A program made the translations under genes and the position numbers. From NCBI RefSeq assembly GCF_006345805.1, contig NC_043002.1:17422001-17486000 (forward strand): a stretch of DNA of 64,000 nucleotides, read 5' to 3'. Below are positions 12,249 through 24,301 of the stretch, one piece after another. Under the pieces are notes generated by a model. That model did no database searches, was not told where the DNA came from, and was given only the letters and a program-made list of their open reading frames with translations. This DNA comes from Octopus sinensis. Taxonomy: Eukaryota. Each line of letters opens with the position of its first letter. Position 1 is the stretch's first letter.

Positions 12249-12281
12249 ATGACTATTGAGTAAATGTAACATTATTTTATA

Positions 12282-12720
12282 TCTCTCTCTCTCTTCCCCG
12301 TCTGTCTTGATAGACAATGGGTCGCGCCAAGGGTGGGGCCTACTTTGATGATGAGCAGCGTCTGCTGTGACTGAACAGTCCAATTCTAGAGTGGCAGTCC
12401 CTGGTACAGTTGCTGCATACGAACATCGATGGGTACGTGTGGGGTGTTGCTGCAGTTGTCCTCCTCCTGTCCCGTCTGTCCGACCACAGCTGTGCTCTCC
12501 TTTCCTCAGCCATGGAAACGCCTTTCCTCACTGTCCGACGCCAGGCAGAGCGGTCAGCAGCTGTTACCTCCCACGTGTCCACAGGTCCTCAGGTCGCGCT
12601 TGCACACATCCCTGTATCGTAGCTGTGGACGTCCCTTGAGTCGGGATCCCGTGGTGAGTTCGCTGTAAGGATGTCTTTAGGCATGCGACCGCCCTGCATG
12701 CGACCGTCCGAGCCAGCGCA
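12282..12720 (-). mobile_element. RTE-clade LINE 3' end
   Basis: ELTTGSRLKGRPQLRY...WEVTAADRSAWRRTVRKG...FVCSNCTRDCHSRIGLFSHSRRC*; tail CCATTGTCTATCAAGACAGACGG then (GA)n. Confidence 0.9.
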
Positions 12721-13596
12721 GATTAGGTATAGGAAATAGAAATAAGTCATAAGTGTTGCCTTCCAAGATTCGTGATATTTTGTCCAGTGGTGGATAAGAA
12801 GGTATATTCATTCCTAGGATGTGTTGGGTTTTTTTTATGACGGGTAAACTTAGGCAATGCTTCTTATTTTGTTCACATATAAATACACGTTATGTTTGTG
12901 TTTGCAGTGGTGGGTTTGAAAGTATGGTCCGTGTTTCGGAGGTGGACGTTTATATGTAGGATGGCAGTTGGTACTAAAGAGCGTATGGCACCTGGTGATG
13001 ACCAAAATACGGCATTCGATTTCATTGTAAATAATTCATTCGATTTCATTCTAAATAATTCCATTTCATTCACATGACCCCAAATCATGTTGTATTGTTC
13101 CCATCTGTGTAAACCCTTATGGGTAATAAAGAAATAATTCGTGTTAGTCATTTTTTTTTATCAACAAGTCCCTGAATCCTTGTGCCAGTGTCTGCGCTCA
13201 GTCATGAAACCTAATTGCTCGCCTACCTTTTTGAAAACTATGAAGCGGTTCCGGTTCTTTGATGGTTAACAGATAACACAAAAACAATTGAGATAAATAA
13301 ATAAGTAAATAAATAAATTTTAAAATAAACGGATAAACAACGGTGGCCCCTATGGGCATGGAGGAGAGGAAAATAACATTCAAACTAGATTAAAATGAAT
13401 TAAATTAAATTATATTTAGACAAGCATATAAGTAAATAAATGAATATGTGATTGAGTACGACAACTAAAGAATGATGACTAAGGGGATATGATCGTAAGG
13501 GACAGCATTAGAAAAAATAAATTATCGTAGTCACTAACACTTTAATTATTTATTTACTTGTCTCACGTTTATATGTTATGGTCGAAACTGACATTT

Positions 13597-13780
13597 CAGA
13601 TTTCTTCGCTTTGAAACCAAAAGAGTTTTATATTGATGGGATTAAAAAACTTGTAAATAGATGCAAGGAAGTCATAAATAATCAGGGAAATTACATTGAT
13701 GATTAAATTTCAATTAAATATAACATTTAATCGCTTGTTTTCTTTATTCAAAATTCAGACAGAACTTATGGGATGACCTG
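13597..13780 (+). mobile_element. Mariner 3' fragment with right TIR
   Basis: DFFALKPKEFYIDGIKKLVNRCKEVINNQGNYIDD* followed by CAGAACTTATGGGATGACCTG. Confidence 0.8.
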
Positions 13781-13856
13781 AAATCTGTGTGTGTATGTAT
13801 GTGTGTATGTGTGTGTATATGCATACGTATATATATTATATATATATATATGGACT

Positions 13857-13929
13857 GCCTCCATACCTCAGTGGCTAGAGCACTGGTCGTGTAAACCAGG
13901 GGCCGGGAGTTCGATCCTCCCTGGCGACT
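13857..13929 (+). pseudogene. tRNA-Thr(TGT)-derived sequence (head of a minimal SINE)
   Basis: 73 nt closely resembling eukaryotic tRNA-Thr-TGT; anticodon stem CTGGT/ACCAG, TGT at 13890-13892, T-arm GGGAG-TTCGATC-CTCCC; two acceptor-stem mismatches and G in place of U33. Confidence 0.88.
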
Positions 13930-13998
13930 GGTACACAACATACTAACGGCGGTGCATCAGCATGGCCGCAGCTCTGAGCTGAAACTAGAAAAAAAATA
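13857..13998 (+). mobile_element. Minimal tRNA-Thr SINE with CR1-derived tail and poly(A)
   Basis: tRNA plus about 16 nt plus AACGGCGGTGCATCAGCATGGCCGCAGCTCTGAGCTGAAACTAG(A)n; near-identical tail on the CR1 3' end at 45470-45515 and on the SINE at 31565-31620. Confidence 0.8.
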
Positions 13999-15459
13999 TA
14001 TATATATATGTATCCATATATACCCATACATCTCTATATATGTATATGAATGCTTATATATATATGTATGTAAATATATGTATTATGTATATATATATAT
14101 ACATATACACATATATATATGCATACATACACTTGTGTGTATATGAATTATATGTATGTATGTATGTATGTATTATGTGTGTGTATGTATGTATGTATGT
14201 ATGTATGTATGTATGTATGTATAAACATGTATGTGACCAGGTCTACCAAATCACTATTTTCATTTCCCAACTCAACTGGTTTAAATCTCATAAAATATAA
14301 AATATGATTTAAAGCATTAAGAATTTTGCTACAGCGATTGCTATCATTTGGACGTCGGTGGACATGTGGCAGAACCACTACCCAACGCAACCCACTCAAT
14401 GAACCTTCTCTCTCGGCAATTTTATTCTCCACACCAAAGATCAAGTTCTTATCACCGCGCGCACGTTCGTTCGTTCTCAGCACATAGTTCTAGAATTCCC
14501 TGATAGTTCAATTTAATTTCTATATTTCTTGCAATTTCAGGAGGAATATCGATTGCATCATTCAAAAATGCCTTCAAGAGCCAGATGAATACCATGGCCA
14601 CAGACCCTTGACACGGAGCAAATCAACAAACATTTTAAATTAAATAAAAACCTGTCATGAAATTTATGCAGTTAACACAGCATCACAGACAAAAGTATGT
14701 ACACTAACCTACATTTTCTATCTTAAATAACCAACTGCAGTTCTCCGGTGTGGCACACTTAGTTTAGTTTGAAAAATCGCCCCTATACATTACACTATGC
14801 GCTACACACCTAGCTAGCAAATATATAATCAACATTTTCTAATCTCTCATCCGAGTACGTCACTATTATTGTTATCAGAATACACTAACACATCAATGAA
14901 CAATGGAAAAACTCTTTTCAACTTAACCTAATCCCAGTGGAGCCGCTTCCACTGTTCCACGAGAAATTAGAATTATGGTTAGCTGAACTCAATATCAGAA
15001 CTAGCTCAGAAGATACATTCAACAAAATAATTCTAGACATATCTGACAAAAAAAAAAGATTAAAAAAACATATCACAAGGGAATATAGAAAAATATAATT
15101 CCAATTACATAATCGAGGTAGACAACGTGATAAAAAGTAAGGACAACTTCAAACGTAACACGGCAAGTGGAGAGAATGAAAAAATATACCCAACAGCAAA
15201 AATATAGAAAAAAAGCAATTGAAAGTTGAAAAGTGGCATATATTTTTCTATGAAACATAAACACAAAGCAAACATTAGAGGAATATACAAATACTTCACA
15301 CAAAAAATTCATAAAGCGTCAACACTTCACATGAAGTTTGAAGAATGACACCCACTAAAGTGTACATATTACAATAGAGAGAACATTAAATTAACACATA
15401 TTTACTTTTTCTGAAATACAACCATGCATATACTATTTATACATGATGGGAGAGAGAAC

Positions 15460-15490
<31 letters not shown>

Positions 15491-15581
15491 CATATGCATG
15501 TATATTTATGTATTTTGTATACATGTATGAAATTATATGTATGTATTAATAGATATAGAAATTTATATATATATTTATACG

Positions 15582-15688
<107 letters not shown>

Positions 15689-16619
15689 TATATTATATTT
15701 CTACATATCAATTTATGTATTTTTCTCACCACTAGTTTAAATTTATGTCATCATCATTCTTCGCCATTATATTGTTTATTGCATTATTTTATATCCCCTC
15801 TGTTGCGATACGGCTATGTGTCCACTATTTCACAACCATTTTCACGCGTCTTACTGTAGATACTGTTGATAAATTATCATTTGGTTTGGTGAATTATTAT
15901 GTTGTAGCCAAAAAGCTAATTTTCTAGTAAAGTAACTCCTAATAAATGGGATAGACAGACGTTCGCAATGTTCTACTTTGCTCGAAAGAAAGCAGTTACC
16001 TTTGTTCTACAAATGCCAGTTTTAGATTTTTCCCTATTTAGGTTTTGCCATGAGCCGGCATCTTATATTTAAATATAGTGAGTAATTCGATTCTCCCTGA
16101 GAATCTCCTTTCCACTGCTGAAGAAAATATAGAAAATAATATAGAAATATAGAATATAGAAAATAAGACAGTTAACATGTTAATGCTGTCTACCGATTTG
16201 TACCCGAGGTAGACCGAAATTTCAAATAAGTATTAAATTAAGAAACAGAATTCAGTGGATGCATGATTTGATGTACATTTTGAGCATAGAATATGTTTCT
16301 ACGCTGAACAATAAAGGGTCACTGGAGTGGAATATCTTTCTGTCTTTATATATACCTATATAATACTTCAGATCACCTGGTCTTACGGTTTCTTTGGTGG
16401 TTTGGGACAGGTTCTGCCATTCACTATACACGTTCTCTAATTAACCGGTTTATCTTAACGCATCGCAGTAACAAATAGTCGAATATAATTCAAGAAATTT
16501 ATACCAAAATTGTTTTCTACTCAAAATTATTATCTACCCTAATATTCAAAAGGTCGTTTATTAAAAATAAAGCTTATTTCATCAACCCGGAATAATCTTT
16601 TCTACTCTAGTTACCATGC

Positions 16620-16805
16620 CCGAAATTTGGTGGGGGGTCCAGTCGATTACATCGACCGCAGTAGGCAACTAGTACTTGAATTATCGACCCCGAGAGGATG
16701 AAAGGCAAAGTCGACTTCTGCGGAATTTGAACTCAGAACGTAGCGGCAGACGAAATATCGCTAAGCATTTCGCCTGGCATGCTAACGTTTCTGCAAGCTC
16801 GCCGA
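16620..16805 (-). mobile_element. SINE family A
   Basis: Reverse complement of GGCGAGCTGGCAGAAACGTTAGC...GAGTTCAAATTCCGCC...GACTTTGCCTTTCATCC. Confidence 0.85.
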
Positions 16806-17153
16806 CTTCTGAAATTGCCAGCGTTCTGTCTGGTGATCTTTTGCAATAAGCTTCCAATAATTGAAGACGACAGTAGTTGTAATGAAGCAGTGAAACACTA
16901 TTTGTCCAAAAACGATACCCATCTAACTTCAATACGCATTGATTTTAAATTTTCAGGATGATCACATATACTCCAACCATTGGAAAATATTTCCTAGTCA
17001 GTTATCGATGGCCCGACCTTCAGACATGTAGAAATGGTGTACAAGGTACACATTGAAGTCAAATCTCTACTGAACATAATTGCTTGAACATGCACCTACA
17101 TGACTCATGCATAAATGCACCAATTTGCACGTGCAAGTATGTATGCATTCATG

Positions 17154-17217
<64 letters not shown>

Positions 17218-17441
17218 GTATTAGGACATGAAATGTAAAAGGCGGACTAGATTATTTTATGCTCAACTCCAATGTCTCCCGAGACAAAAAGGATGCCTAT
17301 AGATATATATATATATGTTAGTATATACATACATATGTGTGTGTGTGTGTGTGTGTGTGTATTTGTATATAGGATAACTAGGTTTTCATGTATTTTTACA
17401 TATACAAACACGTGTGCGTGTGAACGCGTGTGCATGTGTTT

Positions 17442-17508
<67 letters not shown>

Positions 17509-18384
17509 TGTATCTGTGATAGGGAACAGCTAGTGCTTGGCAAAGGAAGTTGTTGAATTTATATCCCTGTACTGTAGCGGCTCAGCAAATGTCAGCGACG
17601 GAATAAGTATTAGCCATTAATAAATAATACATAAATTGTGTCCGGTGGATTCATTCGACTAAAAGTTCTTCGAGACAGTGCTGCTGCATGGCCGCATTCT
17701 AATGATTGTGTGGGCGCGCGTGTGCATGCGTGCGTGAATTTAATGTATGTCTGTATGTACATATGTATATATGCATACATACACATTACCGCGCATATAT
17801 TTCTAGACAAGAAAAAGAAGATGCATACGTAGGTATATGTAAAACGACCTCACTGCACGCACATAATACGATCTAATTTAGCAAAGATATCAGTAGTTTC
17901 TTTCACATAGACGCCATGTAATCTGTCAAAAAAATGTTAACATGGATATAAACTTAGAGTCAAAACATTATTGCCGAAACTTTTCATATACATTGTATGA
18001 GAATTGCAATATGATTTTTCTTTCAATGTCTGTTTCTAAATTTGTCGCTCAAGACGACTACAACTAATTTTATATAATTGGAACCATTGTGGATCTTTAA
18101 GAGATCTATTTGCTCAAATAATATAGTTATTGTCTTCAATAGAACATTTTGTTTCCTCCACAAATTTCTTAATAAAGTACATTGTCATAGTTCTATTTTA
18201 GAATTGACTGAACAAAACTTACATGGAGGTATATTGTGTACGCGCGTGTATGATTTATATGATTGTGTAGATAGATAGATAGATGCATACATGCATGTAC
18301 ACGTACGAACTTATATTATGTATGCACATAATATATATTTACACACAAATACATAGATACAGATGTATTTATATATGGATATAT

Positions 18385-18438
<54 letters not shown>

Positions 18439-18467
18439 TCATATTTATATAAATATGTATGTATGTA

Positions 18468-18519
<52 letters not shown>

Positions 18520-18777
18520 GATATCTTTACTCTTTTTACTCTTATATGTATATATATATAGTTGTAGTCTAATTGTTCATCCACCGCACGCAATAGCTAT
18601 CATACACTTATATCACTAGGGTTATTCATAACCAAAGAAATGACACTCCATTGGATCGTAATAGAATCAGAAATAAACTAAAGGCAGGGCTTCTCGTTCT
18701 TCTCTAACATATTGATACTTTTATATGTATGTATGTATGTATATATTTATGTATGTATATATATATATATATGTATG

Positions 18778-18828
<51 letters not shown>

Positions 18829-19161
18829 ATGTGTGTGTGTGTGTGTGTAAATGTAAAAATATACAAACTGGGACAAGAACGTGAAGGCGATACAAAAAAC
18901 AGATGAACCGGATCATCTTCGCAATTTCGGCTGATTAATCTTGATATTTAACCTATATATATATAGTTGACTTAATGACTACTCCTGAAAGTACATGCAT
19001 ACAGATTAGCCTAGCCACAAAGCTTAGAGTATAAGCACTATTTCATTGTATGTATGTGTGCATATGTATATGTACGTATCTATATGCATACATACTTAAG
19101 CGGGTACATATGTGTGTGTGGGGGGGTGTATGTATACATTTACACACACACATACACACAT

Positions 19162-19212
<51 letters not shown>

Positions 19213-19959
19213 GCATATCAAATGTCGACTGTTTAAGATACACAATTACAAGTTACTGCGCACTATAAGTATATCTTGTTCGCCTCAGTGTATTCCATAC
19301 AGCGTGCAGACTATATAACGAAGCCATCATATAGAACAATGGAGAATTATAAGTCTTTAACATTTGTTTATTATGGTACTGTTTTCATTAAATTAATTTG
19401 TGTGCATTTAGTTGTTTCATTCACAGCACTAATTCAGCGGAGGTGAACATTTCTATTCAGCATTATTCAAGGTCTTACACATGCCGGTGCGTGAAGTGAA
19501 CTGATAATTTAAGCGTATGACAGACCTTCTTAAAGAAAATAATGGGATCATAAAACTTAGGGTGCATGACTGTAGAGATTGCTTCGAAATACGATGTGAC
19601 TATGTTTCTGGTATCATTTTAACTTAGTTTAATACGGGTAGAAATTTGAACAAAGCTGCCTAGGAGTGTCTACGTTAAATAGTTAAGAACTGCAACGAGC
19701 TGAATCAGATAAATTAACATAAATGCAATATCAAAGGGTATTAGGTTATGCTTGAAGCACAGATATATCTAGAAGTATATATACAAACACACTCATAAAT
19801 GCACACGTAGTCTTCATACGTAGATTTGGTACAACTATGTATGTGTGTATTTATGTATGTTTACATTAAATAAAATATTACATAATTAATTAGTATTTTA
19901 TTACAATAATTAGTGTAATGATTACATGTATAAGAACAACTACGATCCAATTCTACACT

Positions 19960-20190
19960 TTTACTCTCTTACTCTTTTACTTGTTTCAGTCATTTGACTA
20001 TGGCCACGCTTGAACACCACCTTGAGTGGAGCGGATCGACCCCCAGGACTTATACTTTGTACGCGTAGAACATATTCTATCGGGTTCTTGCCGAACTGCT
20101 AAGTTACAGGGACGTAAACACACCAGCATCGGTTGGTAAGTGATGTTGGGCGGGTAAACACAGACACACAATCATAGACACACACACACA

Positions 20191-20254
<64 letters not shown>
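19960..20254 (-). mobile_element. SINE family B (CORE-like), 3' half of a split copy
   Basis: CCAACCGATGCTGGTGTGTTTACGTCCC...AGCGTGGCCATAGTCAAATGACTGAAACAAGT(AAAAGAGT)n on the minus strand. Confidence 0.85.
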
Positions 20255-20258
<4 letters not shown>

Positions 20259-20413
20259 CAATATAGGGTGGCAAAAAAATTTTGTAGAATTTTTTTGCCA
20301 CCAGCGGCCTAGTGGGAAAAAATTAAATAGTGCGATGATTTGAAAATTTTAGGTCAGATATTGCCGAGGCAGGGACAGAAGTGCCTCGTGAAAATATCTG
20401 TTCCGATCTGGCT

Positions 20414-20520
20414 ATTTCTTACTGACGAATCTAAGGGCCTATGGAAGATTGGCTTGATTTAATTTAATCAGGTTAGTTTACCATTAAACAATAGATGAAA
20501 CGGTGCATCGTATAAGAAAT
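20414..20520 (+). ncRNA. Type I hammerhead ribozyme, copy 1
   Basis: Helix I ATTTCTTA/TAAGAAAT; core CTGACGA (20422-20428); helix II ATCTA/TAGAT; GAAA (20497-20500); helix III ACGG-TGCA-TCGT; predicted cleavage GTA^ after 20512. Confidence 0.85.
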
Positions 20521-20909
20521 TACAGGGTAAATGTTTTTTTTTTTTTAAATTTTCTCCTGGTTTGCGGAATTAATGTTATTTTGCGGTTGAAGCTTTGGCT
20601 GTTATTTCTAGTTGGTGAATGGCCTATTATGGCCGTTCCTTGATTGTGATGTTGAACTTATAAATGGTCTATGACTATTTAATTTTTTCCCACTAGGCCG
20701 CTGGTGGCAAAAAAATTCTACAAACTTTTTTTGGCACCCTATATTGATTAATTATGAATTTTCTGGTTGATTCCGTAATGGAATCGGCGGCTTATATTTA
20801 TTTGCTGCCGATAAATTTGGCGCGAGTGCGATGATTTGAAAATTTTAGGTCAGATATTGCCGAGGCAGGGACGGAAATGCCTCGTGAAAATATCTGTTCC
20901 GATCTGGCT

Positions 20910-21016
20910 ATTTCTTACTGACGAATCTAAGGGCCTATGGAAGATTGGCTTGATTTAATTTAATCAGGTTAGTTTACCATTAAACAATAGATGAAACGGT
21001 TCATCGTATAAGAAAT
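20910..21016 (+). ncRNA. Type I hammerhead ribozyme, copy 2
   Basis: Same fold; CTGACGA 20918-20924; GAAA 20993-20996; helix III loop TTCA; predicted cleavage after 21008. Confidence 0.85.
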
Positions 21017-21141
21017 TACAGGGTAAATGTTTTTTTTTTTAATTTTCTCCTGGTTTGCGGAATTAATGTTATTTTGCGGTTGAAGCTTTGGCTGTTATTT
21101 CTAGTGGGTGAATGGCCTATTATGGCCGTTCCTTGATTGTG

Positions 21142-21213
<72 letters not shown>

Positions 21214-21452
21214 TCTGTCTGTTTTGCTAGAAAGAGGTATAAACTGATCAGTCCGGGATATATCGTTAATGGTAAATGTTTTTGATTTTTACTCTCGATG
21301 AATTTATTCCTTTTTTTTGTGTCCCTAGCACTTGGCATCCTTATTTGAGAGCCCTTAATTATATTTCTATATGAATAATATTTTGTCAAATGACTAATTC
21401 GTCTTTTGTGCTGGGCCACTGGTAGTAATCTATGTTATTACCCTTTTTTGAT

Positions 21453-21469
<17 letters not shown>

Positions 21470-21488
<19 letters not shown>

Positions 21489-21650
21489 AATATACGATGG
21501 GCTTCTTTCAGTTTCCTTCTACCAAATCCACTCACAAGCCTTTGGTCGGCCCGAGGTTGTAGTAGAAGACACTTGCCTAAGGTGCCACGCAGTGGGACTG
21601 AACCCGGAACCATGTAGTTGGTACGCAAGCTACGTACCACACGGCCACTC
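21470..21650 (-). mobile_element. SINE family B, 5' head of the split copy
   Basis: GAGTGGCCGTGTGGTACGTAGCTTG...GGTTCAGTCCCACTGCGTGGCACCTTAGGCAAGTGTCTTCTAC...GGAAACTGAAAGAAGCCC. Confidence 0.88.
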
Positions 21651-21820
21651 CTCATTTTCATTCGGTCTCCGTTCTTAATTTCTGATGTGATATGGCATTT
21701 ATTTCAAGCACCGGTGGGTGTTGCCTGTGTACAAATATTTGACGAGGCCAACGGTGAGGCAGACAGAATAAAAGAAATATGGATGAGGTAAAAGAAACAC
21801 GGCAGATGCGATGTGCTGTG

Positions 21821-21863
<43 letters not shown>

Positions 21864-22389
21864 AAGAGTGCGTGTAGAAAGATAAGGAAGAACCGAAAGA
21901 AGCAGAGAAATGGTATTAAGTGAGTGAGAGATGTAGTTTGGTTCAACATGATTACATTATGAATGTTCTTGAAAACCTCTCAAGTACATATACACCGATA
22001 TGCACACCCCTATATATAAACAATCACATAATCATATGTTCACATATGAGAGTGTGCGTGCGTGTACAGGCGGGCGTTCTTGTCTGTGTATGTGTGCGTG
22101 TGTGTGTGTGTGTGTGTAACCTTTTGTAGTGGCAAAAGAATACACACCTCACAGAATCTAACACACTATGTATTTCTGGCTTGTAGTTTCAATCCAGTCT
22201 CAACCAAAATAGAACTAACACAATGTGCATTATTAACACAATGTCGACAAGGCAACAAAATGTAACAAGCATTCTTTCTTGTAGCGGAGACAATACTTAT
22301 ATTATATGAAGAAGGTGTTCTCCACCTTGGAAAAAGAATCTTTGATTGGCACCATCTAAACACATGTATATATGAACATACAGTATTAT

Positions 22390-22922
<533 letters not shown>

Positions 22923-23519
22923 GGATGAAATACGGGATGTCTTTGCATTCATAAAATATTCAATCTGGCGTACGTATATGTGTGCACATGTGCACATTCA
23001 TATGGAAGTGAACAATGTCCGTACATTTTCAAGATATTAGGATGTAATTTGAAGGAAAAAGTAGCTGCTATTTATAGGTTCCTGTCTGTGATTCTTCTCT
23101 TTCTTTATATTCTATTTTATTTAAGCATGGTCAATATCAATATCAGAGTGAATATTTCTAGTCGTATATAATGGTTTTCTGGTGTTAATATCAATAACCC
23201 GGATGTCATGCGATCATGCGTTCGCCTTTTCCGTACATTAATTCCAATCTCTCATACCAATGATCAAAGACATGCTAGTGTTAATATCCTGTATATTTGC
23301 ATATGTAGGATTACATTTCTAACACGACGTTCATACTTTATTCAGCCCTATGATCGAAAGCTGAATGCTTCCGAATGTTGCGGATAATAGTATGAATGCG
23401 TCAGGATCTATTTTAAGTTGGTTAATTTAAAATCAAATTTTTAGACGATGAATAAATAGATGGACGATTTTTCACTCTATACCTGCATTCTGTGTGTGAG
23501 GGCGTCAATATCACATGAT

Positions 23520-23761
23520 GAATTTATATGCATAAATTTCACGTTGCTCCAGTTCACTCAGCTGTAGAAATGAGTTGCGACGTCACTGGTGCCAAGCTGT
23601 ATCGACCTTTGTCTTTCCCTTGGATAACACTGGTGGCGTGGAGAGGGGAGGCTGGTATGCATGGGCGACTGCTGGTCTTCCATAAACAACCTTGCCCGGA
23701 CTTGTGTCTAGGAGTGTAACTTTCTAGGTGCAATCCCATGGTCATTCATGACCGAAGGGGG

Positions 23762-23767
<6 letters not shown>
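23520..23767 (+). mobile_element. SINE family C body and tail
   Basis: CACGTTGCTCCAGTTCACTCAGCTGT...CAATCCCATGGTCATTCATGACCGAAGGGGGTCTTT, related to 4345-4672. Confidence 0.7.
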
Positions 23768-23859
<92 letters not shown>

Positions 23860-24301
23860 GTGTGTGTGTGTGTGTGTTTGGCACCAACTGATAAGTTCTT
23901 GTTGTTATAATGTTGAGTGTAAAACCTGAAAGTACAGATCCGCAATATCATACAAAATACAACAAAGAAGTTACTTGAGATATAGGTTGTTCGATACAAT
24001 TTACTTTTGTTCTTGTTTTGCAAGGCGATTAGCATATTCTATATACGAAAGCAGTGAATAGTGTCCAAGCTACTGCTGGAAGCCATATTGTATGGCTACT
24101 GGAGATTTCAGGTCTGTTTCGTAATTCAATGGAATGTAAAATCAAATTGTGTCAAAGTGGGATGTTGTTTTTTATATTTCTCTTTGCTAATAACAACTAC
24201 CAATAAGTATAACTTAGTTCTGAAGTGATGTCTAGATGATTCATACGCCTGTATAAAGTTACAGTGGGTGGACTTGCACTGATATTATTAATTACTAACA
24301 A

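Larger units (their letters stand above)
9662..12281 (+). mobile_element. Penelope-like element (RT plus C-terminal GIY-YIG), 5'-truncated with an inverted copy of its 3' terminus
   Basis: Frameshifted ORFs 9825-10181, 10317-10679 and 10738-11499; 56-bp inverted repeat 9730-9785 / 12226-12281 (2 mismatches). Confidence 0.93.
20255..21143 (+). mobile_element. ORF-less hammerhead-containing partial tandem element (retrozyme-like / non-autonomous Penelope-type) with 5' inversion
   Basis: Direct repeats 20329-20650 / 20825-21143 (4 substitutions, 3 indel nt); 77-bp inverted repeat 20255-20331 / 20674-20750 (2 mismatches); flanked by (TA)n. Confidence 0.85.

Noticed and set aside
13013-13070. Two and a half copies of a 22-bp repeat (CATTCGATTTCATT...)
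   Set aside because: Ordinary short local duplication with no further structure.
13857-13929. Functional tRNA-Thr gene
   Set aside because: Two acceptor-stem mismatches, G at the invariant U33 position, no T-run terminator, and a LINE-type tail with poly(A).
14525-14700. Plus-strand exon with good acceptor (TTTCTTGCAATTTCAG) and GTATGT donor
   Set aside because: All three frames contain stops; it could only be non-coding and has no other support.
14925-15100. Gag-like peptide (LPLFHEKLELWLAEL...TFNKII)
   Set aside because: Only a faint resemblance to Gypsy gag N-termini; no LTR, PBS or pol found.
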